Source: an uncultured Methanosarcinales archaeon (lineage in GTDB: Archaea; Nanobdellota; Nanobdellia; Woesearchaeales; JABMPP01). From it: a stretch of 33,717 nucleotides of DNA. The stretch lies in NCBI GenBank assembly GCA_964604995.1, contig CAZSAD010000018.1, positions 1 to 33,717 on the forward strand, given 5' to 3'. Of this stretch, positions 10,328 through 19,730 are shown piece after piece; the stretch's first letter is position 1, and each line of letters opens with the position of its first letter. The position numbers and the translations under genes were made by a program. The notes under the pieces are model-generated. The model did no database searches. It was given only the letters and a program-made list of their open reading frames with translations, and was not told the DNA's origin.

Positions 10328-11458
10328 TTATTTTTTAATATCGATACCTACTGCTTCATTGATATTTTTGAAGCCATCGCGTTTGAGAAGTTTTACAAGA
10401 CCTTGATTAATTTCACTAATTGTTTGTGGACCTTCAAATATCATTCCAGTTATCAATTGTAATAATGATGCTCCAGCTCTTATTTTTTCATATGCATCTT
10501 TTGCTGAAGATATACCGCCATTTCCAATTATGATAAGTTTACCATTTGTTTTTTTGTAAACATATTTAATAGTTTTAGTTGAAAGATCTTTTAATGGCTC
10601 ACCACTAATTCCCCCTTTAGGAACTATATTATCGTCAAAAATAAGTTTATTTTTGCGATTCTTAGTTAAATTTGTGCATATAATCCCGTCGATTTTAAAT
10701 GATAATGCTACTTTGATAATGCCATCGAGTTCTTTTTTTGTTAAATCTGGAGAAATTTTTAAAAATAATGGCTTGGTTTTTCCATTTTTTAATAGCTTAG
10801 TAAGTAATAGTTTTAGATTATTTGAATCAATAAATAAATAGGTATTATCATAAGTATTTGGACAACTTAAATTGACAGTTATATAATCCCCTATGTTCTC
10901 AAATTTTTTATACACTTTTTCATAATCTGCAATTGCAGGTTTTAGAGTTGTTGTTTTAATACTATTTGTTTTTGCAATACTAATACCGACAGGTAAAGCA
11001 AATTTTTTATTTTTTAATCTTGTTGAAATTGCATTACTCCCATCATTTTTTAGACCGTAATATACAACCAATGCTTTTGATTTTTTAAGTCTCCAAAGCC
11101 TAGGTTTTTTATTCCCTTCGCATTTTTCACCAGTAATTGAACCAATTTCAGTAAAACCCACAGTTTTTGTAATGTCGATCATTTGCGCATTCTTGTCGAA
11201 TCCTGCAGCTAAACCTAATGGATTTTCGAATTTGATACCTGCAATTTTTTGTTCTAACATTAAATTATGATAAGAAAAAAGAGTACTTGTTATCCCCCTT
11301 GTAATACAGTTTTTACCCAATAGATCCCCAGTATACAGTGCTTTATCGTGTATCCATTCAGGGTCTGTCATAAAAAATATAGGTTTAACTAATAATTTAT
11401 AACCAAATTTTAAAGTTTTATTACGAAACAATACTATTAACTCTTTGAACATTGTCAT
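10328..11458 (-). CDS. pyrD: quinone-dependent (class 2) dihydroorotate dehydrogenase-like protein with atypical active-site motifs
   Basis: DPExxH N-terminal extension, NPLGLAAGFDKN, GNKKPRLWR, KISPDL, GGISG, GNGGI and GASLLQL. Confidence 0.8.
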   Translation of the reverse strand: MTMFKELIVLFRNKTLKFGYKLLVKPIFFMTDPEWIHDKALYTGDLLGKNCITRGITSTLFSYHNLMLEQKIAGIKFENPLGLAAGFDKNAQMIDITKTVGFTEIGSITGEKCEGNKKPRLWRLKKSKALVVYYGLKNDGSNAISTRLKNKKFALPVGISIAKTNSIKTTTLKPAIADYEKVYKKFENIGDYITVNLSCPNTYDNTYLFIDSNNLKLLLTKLLKNGKTKPLFLKISPDLTKKELDGIIKVALSFKIDGIICTNLTKNRKNKLIFDDNIVPKGGISGEPLKDLSTKTIKYVYKKTNGKLIIIGNGGISSAKDAYEKIRAGASLLQLITGMIFEGPQTISEINQGLVKLLKRDGFKNINEAVGIDIKK

Positions 11459-11482
11459 TTAAACATTGTTAAAAAGAATGGA

Positions 11483-11556
11483 ATATAAATCTTTCGTTGG
11501 TAATTTTTTTATTTTTTAGTAAGTGGTCCATAGAAATATATTAGAAAGATTTATGA
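11483..11556. promoter_or_regulatory. divergent archaeal BRE-TATA promoters for pyrD and the UDP-uronate epimerase
   Basis: Minus strand CGAAAGATTTATAT (11496-11483), with the TATA about 26 bp upstream of the pyrD ATG (leaderless). Plus strand GAAAGATTTATG at 11544-11555. Confidence 0.65.
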
Positions 11557-11592
11557 ATGATATATTGGTAACTAAAGTGAGGTATAAGAAAA

Positions 11593-12585
11593 ATGAAAAC
11601 AATTATGGTTACGGGTGGTGCAGGCTTTATCGGAAGCCATCTTTGTGAAAGATTACTTAGTGAAAAAAATAAAGTTGTATGCATTGATAATTTTAATGAT
11701 TATTATGATCCATTGCTTAAAGAACAAAATATCAAAGAATGTTTAAAAAATGATAATTTTGAGTTATGGAGAGTAGATATAAGAAATAAAAAACTTGTGG
11801 AAGAAGTATTTAAAAAAAATAAGATTGAAATTGTTATACATTTAGCTGCAAGAGCAGGAGTTAGACCCTCATTAATTAATCCAGAAATTTATTTTGAAAC
11901 AAATGTTGATGGAACAAAAAATCTTTTAGAGCTTGCAATAGATTTTAAAGTAGAAAAATTTATTTTTGGATCAAGTTCAAGTGTGTATGGCATAAATAAA
12001 AAAGTCCCATTTTCTGAAAATGATAAAGTAGATATTCAAATTTCACCTTATGCAAAAACAAAAAGACAAGCTGAATTATTGTGTGAAGAATTTTCTAAAA
12101 AATATAATTTGAAAATTATCGCATTAAGATTTTTTACTGTGTATGGTCCTAGAGGAAGATTAGATATGGCACCTTATAAATTTGTAGATTTAATATTTAA
12201 CGGCAAACCAATTGATATTTATGTTAATGAAACAGATTTCAATGCTGGAAAAATGGCTAGAGATTTTACTTATATTTTAGATATTATAGATGGAATTGTA
12301 TTATCCTCCAAAAAAGAAATGAAAGAAATTAATTTTGAAATAATCAATCTTGGTAGAGGTTCACCAGTGAATTTAGATACATTTGTAAAAATAATCGAAC
12401 AATTATTAGGTAAAAAAAGCATTAAAAATTTTATTGGACCGCAAGAAGGAGATGTACCAATAACTTACGCAGATATTAGCAAGGCGAAAAACTTTCTTAG
12501 ATATCAACCTAAAATCTCAATAGAAGAAGGAATGAAACATTTTGTTGAATGGTATTTAGGACAAAAAAAGAAAGTGAAAAAATAA
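11593..12585 (+). CDS. UDP-glucuronate 4-epimerase-like extended SDR (CapI/WbnF-like)
   Basis: TGGAGFIG, HLAARAGVRPS, SSSSVYG, YAKTK, RFFTVYGPRGR, RDFTY and GDV motifs. SD GTGAGGT. Confidence 0.88.
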   Translation: MKTIMVTGGAGFIGSHLCERLLSEKNKVVCIDNFNDYYDPLLKEQNIKECLKNDNFELWRVDIRNKKLVEEVFKKNKIEIVIHLAARAGVRPSLINPEIYFETNVDGTKNLLELAIDFKVEKFIFGSSSSVYGINKKVPFSENDKVDIQISPYAKTKRQAELLCEEFSKKYNLKIIALRFFTVYGPRGRLDMAPYKFVDLIFNGKPIDIYVNETDFNAGKMARDFTYILDIIDGIVLSSKKEMKEINFEIINLGRGSPVNLDTFVKIIEQLLGKKSIKNFIGPQEGDVPITYADISKAKNFLRYQPKISIEEGMKHFVEWYLGQKKKVKK

Positions 12586-12685
12586 TAATGAATATTTAAG
12601 GTTAAATTAAATGCTTAACATTGAACAAAAATAAAGCTAATTTATTTAAATACCTTATCACAATTGTTACTTCAAGTGGTAAATT

Positions 12686-13405
12686 ATGTGGAAAAACAAG
12701 AAAATAAGTTTAATATTCCCAACATATAACGAGAAAGAATCAATTAGACAATGTATTGAAGATTTTTTTGCTACAGGAGTTATTGATGAGATTATTGTAG
12801 TCAACAATAATGCTGCACCTGGTACTAAGGAAGAAGTTGAAAAAACTAAGGCTAAGCAGGTTTTTGAAAAAAAACAAGGATATGGAAATGCAATTATTAG
12901 GGGACTTAAAGAAGCAAAAGGCGAATTGTTGATTATCTCTGAACCAGATGGAACTTTTCTTGCACAAGATGTATTCAAACTTTTAATTTACTCCGATGAA
13001 TGTAATGTTGTTTTAGGAAGCAGAACAAACAAAGCTTTGATTTTAAGAGATGCAAATATGGGGTTGTTTTTAAAATGGGGCAACTATTTCATCTCGAAGC
13101 TTGTTGAAGTTTTGTTTAACACAAGCTATCTTAGTGATGTTGGATGCACTATGCGCCTCATTAATAGAAAATCTTATGACAAAATAAAGAAAAAATTTAA
13201 AACTGGTGGAAGTCATTTTGGTGTTGAGATGATGTTGCTTGTTTTCGGAAACAAGATAAGTTATATTGAAGTGCCTCTTAACTACAACAAACGCATTGGA
13301 GAGAGCAGTGTAACTGGCAGTTTCTGGAAGGCTTTTTGGTTAGGAATTGTGATGATAGCATTTGTATTAAAATTTAGGGTTAAAAATTGGTTTGTAAAAA
13401 ATTAA
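12686..13405 (+). CDS. GT2 family glycosyltransferase (DPM1-like)
   Basis: IFPTYNE, VVNNN, QGYG, EPDG (DxD equivalent), VLGSR, SDVGC and RIGES motifs. Confidence 0.88.
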   Translation: MWKNKKISLIFPTYNEKESIRQCIEDFFATGVIDEIIVVNNNAAPGTKEEVEKTKAKQVFEKKQGYGNAIIRGLKEAKGELLIISEPDGTFLAQDVFKLLIYSDECNVVLGSRTNKALILRDANMGLFLKWGNYFISKLVEVLFNTSYLSDVGCTMRLINRKSYDKIKKKFKTGGSHFGVEMMLLVFGNKISYIEVPLNYNKRIGESSVTGSFWKAFWLGIVMIAFVLKFRVKNWFVKN

Positions 13406-13406
13406 A

Positions 13407-14387
13407 ATGAGATTATTAGTTACTGGTGGAGCAGGATTTATTGGAAGTAATTTTATTAGACATATATTTAATAGTCATAAAAATTATGAGATAGTAAATC
13501 TTGATAAATTAACTTATGCAGGTAATATTGAAAACTTGAAAGATATTGAAAATGATAAGAGATATAAGTTTGTAAAAGGAGATATTTGCGATGAAAAATT
13601 AGTTGATATGCTTGTAAAAGATGTTGATGTGATTGTGCACTTTGCAGCTGAGACACATGTTGATAGAAGCATTGAAAATTCAGGAGTTTTTGTCAAAACA
13701 AATGTTTTGGGAACACATAATTTACTTGAAGCTGCACGAAGAAATGGAGGAAAAAGATTTCACCATATATCAACTGATGAAGTTTATGGCGCATTAGGTA
13801 AAACTGGTAAGTTTTCTGAGAAAACACCTTATGATCCAAGAAGCCCCTATTCAGCAAGTAAAGCTGCTAGTGATTTTATTACAAGGAGTTATTACCATAC
13901 ACATAATTTACCAATAACAATTTCTAATTGCTCTAATAATTATGGACCTTACCAATTCCCGGAAAAATTAATTCCACTTTTAGTAACAAATTTAATTGAA
14001 GGGAAAAAAATACCAATTTATGGAAAAGGGTTAAATGTAAGAGATTGGCTGCATGTTGAAGACCATTGCAAAGCAATTGATGTTATTCTTCATAAGGGTA
14101 AAATAGGTGAAACTTATTGCATAGGTGGGGATTGCGAGATGAAAAATATCGAAATTGCAAATATGATAATTAAAGAGATGAGTTTTGATGAAAAAATGAT
14201 TGAATATGTTCCAGATAGAAAAGGACATGATTTTAGATATGCTATTGATTTCTCAAAGATAAAAAAAGAATTAGGGTGGGAACCACATTACAAAAATTTC
14301 TCACAAGGATTAAACCATACTATAAAATGGTATAAAGAAAATAAACAATGGTGGAAACCACTTAAAAAAAGAATTGAAAAGAAATAA
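13407..14387 (+). CDS. rfbB: dTDP-glucose 4,6-dehydratase
   Basis: TGGAGFIGSNF, DKLTYAGN, HFAAETHVDRS, STDEVYG, SPYSASK, NNYGPYQFPEK and DRKGHDFRY. Confidence 0.97.
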   Translation: MRLLVTGGAGFIGSNFIRHIFNSHKNYEIVNLDKLTYAGNIENLKDIENDKRYKFVKGDICDEKLVDMLVKDVDVIVHFAAETHVDRSIENSGVFVKTNVLGTHNLLEAARRNGGKRFHHISTDEVYGALGKTGKFSEKTPYDPRSPYSASKAASDFITRSYYHTHNLPITISNCSNNYGPYQFPEKLIPLLVTNLIEGKKIPIYGKGLNVRDWLHVEDHCKAIDVILHKGKIGETYCIGGDCEMKNIEIANMIIKEMSFDEKMIEYVPDRKGHDFRYAIDFSKIKKELGWEPHYKNFSQGLNHTIKWYKENKQWWKPLKKRIEKK

Positions 14388-14418
14388 GAAAAATAAATAA
14401 TACGAGATAAGTTATTAT

Positions 14419-15309
14419 TCAAATAGTTTTTGTTGTTAATATCTTTTTTAACTCATCTAATGAGTTATTTAGTGAAGGGAAAGTCATTTCAAGATCTTTT
14501 TGTAACTTGAGAGGTAATGTTGAACAATTTAAAGGCCTTTTAGCTTTCTGCCCTAAATCAGAAGTGATTATCCCAGTTATTAAATTTTTGTTAAAGTTGA
14601 ATTTATTACAGATTATGTTTGCAAAGTCGAATCTTGAAATACTTTGTGGACCTGTTGCCAGATAAATTCCTTTTAAGTTAGATTTTATGTTTTTCAGGAT
14701 TATTTCTGTAAGAAGATGGATGTATGTAGGATTATTTATTTGATCAATTGGAATTTTCATTGTTCTTTTTTCTTTTTGAGCATTTAGCATTTGCATAAAA
14801 AAATTAAACCCATTATGATCATATCCAAAGATTACAGTTGTCCTTAAAATAAGATGATTAGAAAGTTTTTCTACTTCTTTTTCTGAAAGTAGTTTTGTTG
14901 TAGCATAGTAACTGATAGGATTAACCAGTGATACTTCAGTATAATTTCCTGATTTGCCGTCATAGACATAATCACTTGAAATATAAATCATTTTACAATT
15001 TTTATTTGTAGTAATTATACCCTCACAAATGTTTTTTGTTGCCTCCACATTGTTTAGATACGCTTGTTTTTGATCAGTTTCACAAAGTTCCACATTGGTT
15101 AGTGCTGCACAATGAATGATTACATCAGGATCTGTCTTTTTTATTATGTTAAAAACATCTTCTTTTTGCGTCAAGTCAATTACATGATCAACAAAACCAC
15201 CAGGATTAATTGAAATACCTATAACTTGAAAATTATTATTTTTAAGAAGAGCATAAAGATTTTTTCCTAAAAAACCACCTGAACCAGTTATTAATATTTT
15301 CATTGACAT
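14419..15309 (-). CDS. rfbD: dTDP-4-dehydrorhamnose reductase family SDR
   Basis: TGSGGFLG, HCAALTNVELCE, ISSDYVYDG, YATTK, DQINNPT and RPLN. Start is probably ATG 15309 or 15303. Confidence 0.88.
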   Translation of the reverse strand: MSMKILITGSGGFLGKNLYALLKNNNFQVIGISINPGGFVDHVIDLTQKEDVFNIIKKTDPDVIIHCAALTNVELCETDQKQAYLNNVEATKNICEGIITTNKNCKMIYISSDYVYDGKSGNYTEVSLVNPISYYATTKLLSEKEVEKLSNHLILRTTVIFGYDHNGFNFFMQMLNAQKEKRTMKIPIDQINNPTYIHLLTEIILKNIKSNLKGIYLATGPQSISRFDFANIICNKFNFNKNLITGIITSDLGQKAKRPLNCSTLPLKLQKDLEMTFPSLNNSLDELKKILTTKTI

Positions 15310-15347
15310 TATTATCACTTTTTAATGTTGCAAATCAAAGAAGAATG

Positions 15348-15836
15348 TTAAATTATTTTGAATTTACTATTTTTGTCATTTTCATGCCTTACTTCATCAA
15401 CTGCTTCTTTTTTTCCAACTCCTGCATAAAGTTTATCTGGAAGATTTATTGATACAGCTCCATCTTTGGAAATGCATTTATAACCATGCACAACTCCAGG
15501 GGGAACAAGTACACTTGCTTTGTTGCTTTCTCCAACAATAATTTTTAGATGGTTTTTGTAGGTAGCTGAATTTTTTCTATTATCCCACAAATAAAGTTCA
15601 AAATCACCAGGGCCCACAAATACAAAAAAGTCAGATTGTATCATGTGTTCATGTGGTCCCCTTATAATATTTAACTTGGTAAATGAAACATAAGACATTG
15701 CTGGAGTATAATTATCATCATCACTTCTGAAAATTTCAGTTAACCATCCTCTTTTATCATCACGCTTTGTTAATGATTTTACAACTACTCCTTGAATTTT
15801 AACATCGTTTGAATTTATTGTATTATTGTTTGTCAT
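15348..15836 (-). CDS. rfbC: dTDP-4-dehydrorhamnose 3,5-epimerase (cupin)
   Basis: DKRGWLTEIFR, RGPHEH, DNRKNSAT and VPPGVVHGY. Confidence 0.92.
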   Translation of the reverse strand: MTNNNTINSNDVKIQGVVVKSLTKRDDKRGWLTEIFRSDDDNYTPAMSYVSFTKLNIIRGPHEHMIQSDFFVFVGPGDFELYLWDNRKNSATYKNHLKIIVGESNKASVLVPPGVVHGYKCISKDGAVSINLPDKLYAGVGKKEAVDEVRHENDKNSKFKII

Positions 15837-15867
15837 ATAATGCCCCTTAGTTAATATTTTTTAGTTA

Positions 15868-16596
15868 TTATTCTTTATTTTGATTATTATCAGTTTTATC
15901 TTCAAATTCCTTTACAGTATTTGATGCACTTAAAAGTGTTTCAAATGTGCCTGCATCACTCCAAAAACCTTTTAACAAATGATATGAAAGATTTCCTTCT
16001 TGTAAATAACAATTATTTACATCTGTAATTTCGAGCTCCCCTCTTCCAGAAGGTTTTAGTGTTTTAATTTTAGTAAATACTGAATTGTCATAAAGATAAA
16101 GACCAGTTACTGCAAAATTACTTTTTGGTTGCTTTGGTTTTTCTTGTATGCCTGTAATTTTATCACCTTTTACTTCTGCAACTCCAAATCTTTGCGGATC
16201 TGAAACAGGTTTTAGAAAAACTTTCGCTCCAGTTTTAAAATTTTTAAAATCAAATTTATCTTGGTAAATATTGTCACCTAATATCACTGCCACAGATTCA
16301 TCATCTACGAAATCTTCGGCAAGTGAAAGAGCTTGTGCAATTCCTCCTGCTTCAGTTTGAATAGTATAACTTAATCTTGCACCAAATTCTTTTCCTGAAC
16401 CTAGAAGATTCAAAAAATGTCCTGCATGTCCTGGTCCAGATATAATTAGAATATCACGAACACCTGCATCGACTAAAGTTTGCAAAGGATAGTAAATCAT
16501 GGGTTTTTTGTATACTGGAAGAAGATGCTTATTTGTTATTTTTGTTAATGGCAAAAGTCTTGAACCAGTGCCTCCTGCACAGATAACTCCTTTCAT
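15868..16596 (-). CDS. rfbA: glucose-1-phosphate thymidylyltransferase (short form)
   Basis: AGGTGSRLLPLT, NKHLLPVY, GIAQAL, LGDN, RFGV, EKP, RGELEITD and WSDAGT. ATG 16596 follows a GGTGGTGGT SD. Confidence 0.93.
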   Translation of the reverse strand: MKGVICAGGTGSRLLPLTKITNKHLLPVYKKPMIYYPLQTLVDAGVRDILIISGPGHAGHFLNLLGSGKEFGARLSYTIQTEAGGIAQALSLAEDFVDDESVAVILGDNIYQDKFDFKNFKTGAKVFLKPVSDPQRFGVAEVKGDKITGIQEKPKQPKSNFAVTGLYLYDNSVFTKIKTLKPSGRGELEITDVNNCYLQEGNLSYHLLKGFWSDAGTFETLLSASNTVKEFEDKTDNNQNKE

Positions 16597-16613
16597 AAAT
16601 ACCACCACCAATA

Positions 16614-16640
16614 ATTATATTGATTATATTGATTATATCA
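16614..16640. repeat. 9-bp tandem repeat x3 (ATTATATTG)
   Basis: ATTATATTG/ATTATATTG/ATTATATCA upstream of rfbA. Confidence 0.8.
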
Positions 16641-16713
16641 ACATATTTAATAAATTAAAGAACAAAAATATTTTGATTATTATTAAAGGTTTGCAAAAAA
16701 TATTGAATGAATT

Positions 16714-18951
16714 TTATTTTTCTTTATATTCACTTTCAACTGCTTCTTTTATTGCTTTGGCTTTTTTCTCGCCTATTAAATCAACTTCTTGAAGCTCTAA
16801 GTCTGATGCATTAAATATATTTTTTACAGAGCCAAATTTTTTTAGCAGAGGCTTATTTAATATACCTCCTACACCAGGCAAAGAAGATACAATATATTCT
16901 TGCAGCTCTTTTAAAGACATTGGCTTTTTCTCGCCATGTGGCATGAAACTTTTTTGTCCTTCTTCTTGCTCACGCTTTGCAATTATGTTTAGAAGCGATG
17001 CTGTTTCCTTACTAGTTTTAGTTTGAAGAATAGGAATTCCATAGCTTACTGCAATTGTTGCAAGCATTCCTCTTATTGCATTGGGATGAATTTTTCGCAT
17101 TGAGTAAATATCCTCAATCCCTTCAACAATTATAAGGGGTCTTTCGTAGCTATGTTTCATATTTTTTATTTGTGCTAAAAGCCTACCGTCAATTATTGAA
17201 TCAACAAAATCTGGAACAGTTTTATATTCAACTGCGCATCTTTTTGATAAAACATAATCGCAAACTTCTAAACTTTTTAGTTCAATTTTAGTATTCATAT
17301 CAATTAAATCTTTAATAACACCCGATCCTTTTTCTCTTACATCTGCAAAAATTATAATTTCTTCTGCTTCAATTGCTTGTTTTTCCATGAATTTTTCTAA
17401 AGTATTTGTACCATCTTTTTTTTGGCTTTTTGCAAGACTAAAACTATTTTTCATTGATGCAAGAGTTGAATGCATCTTTTTTTCTTTGTGAAAAGCAGTC
17501 CATCTATATGCTTCATCACGTGTATTTCTTGCAAGAAGTACAACAACTCTTCCTGATTTTTGCCTGCCTGTTCTTCCCCTTCTTTGGATGTATCTTATTG
17601 CACTTGGAATAGCTTCATAAAAAACAACCAAATCAACTTCAGGAATATCTAATCCTTCCTCACCAATGGATGTCATGCAAATAACATTAAATTTGCCATC
17701 TTTGAATTCTTCAAGTGTTTCTATCTGCTTTTTTTGCGACATGCCGGTGTCACCTTTTTTTGTCTGGCCTACAAAAATTTTAGCGACAATGCCTTCAACT
17801 TTTGAAATTTCATTTACAACTTTTACTGCATTGTCCCTATAATTATTAAAAACAATTATCTTTGCCTGCGGATTTTTTGCGATTTCTTCTTTTAGAATGT
17901 TTATTAATCTTTCAAGTTTTGGATGCTCAATTTGCGCCTCAACAAGAGCTCTTGCCCCAATCAAAGCTGATTTGAAATTTTCATCAGCAACTAAATTTTT
18001 AACTGCTTTAACTTTTGTTTTTTCTGATTCAGCAACAAGGCCTTCCATATATTTTGATAATGCTGAAATTCCTTGAGTTTCCAAAAGTTCTTGTGCATGC
18101 TGCACTTTTATCAACTCAGCAAGAATACTTATTCCTCTCATGACATCAAAATCTTTTTCTCCTTGCGCTAACTGGCCATGAAGTTGTGCTTGTAAAATGA
18201 TTAATTCTTTTTTATTAAATCCAGTTAGATGCCTTGTGAGTTGCGGCATTTGCTCTTTTAATTGTTTTAGTCTTTGCTTTGAACAATCTTCTAAATATTT
18301 TTTTATTTTTAGAAATGATTCTGGCAAATCAACATATACCCATTCTATTTTAATATCTTGAACATAGGGTTTAACGTCTGCATCTTGTGTTGTTCTGATT
18401 TCAACATCTTCAATAAAAATATTCTTGCAAACATCATTTATTTTTTCAACATCATTTCCTGGAGAAGCTGTGAGGCCAAGAATCCTTGGATATTTTGCAA
18501 GCTTGATGTATTGTTTTGCAATAAATGTATATGCATAATCTCCAGTTGCTCTATGTGCTTCATCAAAAATTATTAATGAAACTTCTGCCAAATCAATTTT
18601 TCTTGAGATAACATCATTTTCCAATCCTTGTGGAGTTGCAAAAAAAATCTGGGCGCTTTTCCAAATTTGTGCCCTTTTTTCTGGAGAAATTGCACCAGTC
18701 ATCAAGGCAAATTTGTCATCTTTGAGGTCTAAATGTTTTTTGAAAGTTGTGAGATGTTGTTGTGCGAGTGGCTTTGTTGGTGCTAAAAAAAGAATTTTTG
18801 AATTGGGATAATTATTTATTCTTTGCACTGATAAAAGAAGAGCTAAACCTGTTTTACCCATTCCTGTTGGAAGAACAACTAAAGTATTTTTCTCATTGCA
18901 TGTTGCAAGAATAGTTTGCTGGTATAGTCTTGGTACAAAGTCTTTTAGCAT
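16714..18951 (-). CDS. hef: Hef helicase-nuclease (FANCM/XPF homologue: SF2 DEAH helicase + ERCC4 nuclease + HhH)
   Basis: LPTGMGKT, APTKPL, DEAH, TASPG, EEGLDIP and QRRGRTGR. C-terminal ADVRE, DY, EYKTVPDF...DGRL and LPGVG. TTTAAA box at 18974-18979 (leaderless). Confidence 0.95.
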   Translation of the reverse strand: MLKDFVPRLYQQTILATCNEKNTLVVLPTGMGKTGLALLLSVQRINNYPNSKILFLAPTKPLAQQHLTTFKKHLDLKDDKFALMTGAISPEKRAQIWKSAQIFFATPQGLENDVISRKIDLAEVSLIIFDEAHRATGDYAYTFIAKQYIKLAKYPRILGLTASPGNDVEKINDVCKNIFIEDVEIRTTQDADVKPYVQDIKIEWVYVDLPESFLKIKKYLEDCSKQRLKQLKEQMPQLTRHLTGFNKKELIILQAQLHGQLAQGEKDFDVMRGISILAELIKVQHAQELLETQGISALSKYMEGLVAESEKTKVKAVKNLVADENFKSALIGARALVEAQIEHPKLERLINILKEEIAKNPQAKIIVFNNYRDNAVKVVNEISKVEGIVAKIFVGQTKKGDTGMSQKKQIETLEEFKDGKFNVICMTSIGEEGLDIPEVDLVVFYEAIPSAIRYIQRRGRTGRQKSGRVVVLLARNTRDEAYRWTAFHKEKKMHSTLASMKNSFSLAKSQKKDGTNTLEKFMEKQAIEAEEIIIFADVREKGSGVIKDLIDMNTKIELKSLEVCDYVLSKRCAVEYKTVPDFVDSIIDGRLLAQIKNMKHSYERPLIIVEGIEDIYSMRKIHPNAIRGMLATIAVSYGIPILQTKTSKETASLLNIIAKREQEEGQKSFMPHGEKKPMSLKELQEYIVSSLPGVGGILNKPLLKKFGSVKNIFNASDLELQEVDLIGEKKAKAIKEAVESEYKEK

Positions 18952-19053
18952 AAATAAGATAAACTTTCAAGAATTTAAATAGCTTTGTTATAACTTTATT
19001 AAATTTAATATTGTAAGAGTTGTTAAGTAAGGAATTATTTATCAAGTAATGAA

Positions 19054-19704
19054 TTATTTGTCCAGTATGCAAAGTTGTCTCATGCCTAGATCAGTTATTT
19101 TATTGCAATCCGTACCTTGCTCTGTGAAAATTGTATTACAAAAATGCCTTAATTCAAAATTATTTATTTCTGAACAATACTTTTGAGCTGTTAAATGCCT
19201 TGCTAATTTAAAATAACACCAATCTAATTGTTCTACTGTTTTGGTATTACAATTTAGGTTATCATTTAATTGATCATTTGTAGAATCACTGCCTAGATAA
19301 ATTCCTTTACTCGGATTTGATACTGCAAAAATATTTTGATTTGTGACTGCCAAATTTTCTTCAGGAATTATTTCATTTATATGTGTTAAATCTTTCAAAT
19401 CGAAAACAACAAATCCTACTGCTCCAACAAAACTAGATTTAACATAAGTGTATGTTTGTGCATATCCATTTATTATTGCAAATGCTGAAAAAAGTATTGC
19501 AAAAAATGCCAAAAAATATAATGCTTTATTTTTATCGAACCCTAGAAAAGGGGCTTTATTTGAAGAAGGAAATGATTGTTTGAATGCAATATTAATATCT
19601 TTTTCTTTATATCCTGTTTGCAAAAGAACTTGTTTTATTTTATCATTGGGATAACCCATTGCAGTTGTTTTTATTACATAATCCACCAGTTCTTTGTTTT
19701 TCAT
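19054..19704 (-). CDS. membrane-anchored protein: small N-terminal GY..I...L...GY domain, one TM, C-terminal Cys-paired helical repeats
   Basis: LVDYV...MGYPNDKIKQVLLQTGYKEKDINIAF; TM ALYFLAFFAILFSAFAII; C-terminal CYFKLA...CSEI...FC...CNKI...LC. Confidence 0.75.
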   Translation of the reverse strand: MKNKELVDYVIKTTAMGYPNDKIKQVLLQTGYKEKDINIAFKQSFPSSNKAPFLGFDKNKALYFLAFFAILFSAFAIINGYAQTYTYVKSSFVGAVGFVVFDLKDLTHINEIIPEENLAVTNQNIFAVSNPSKGIYLGSDSTNDQLNDNLNCNTKTVEQLDWCYFKLARHLTAQKYCSEINNFELRHFCNTIFTEQGTDCNKITDLGMRQLCILDK

Positions 19705-19730
19705 TTTGCACCAATTATTTGATTGTAATG

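Noticed and set aside
12930..12955. GT2 EPDG in place of DxD as a sign of inactivation
   Set aside because: ExD retains both acidic positions and all other GT2 motifs are intact.
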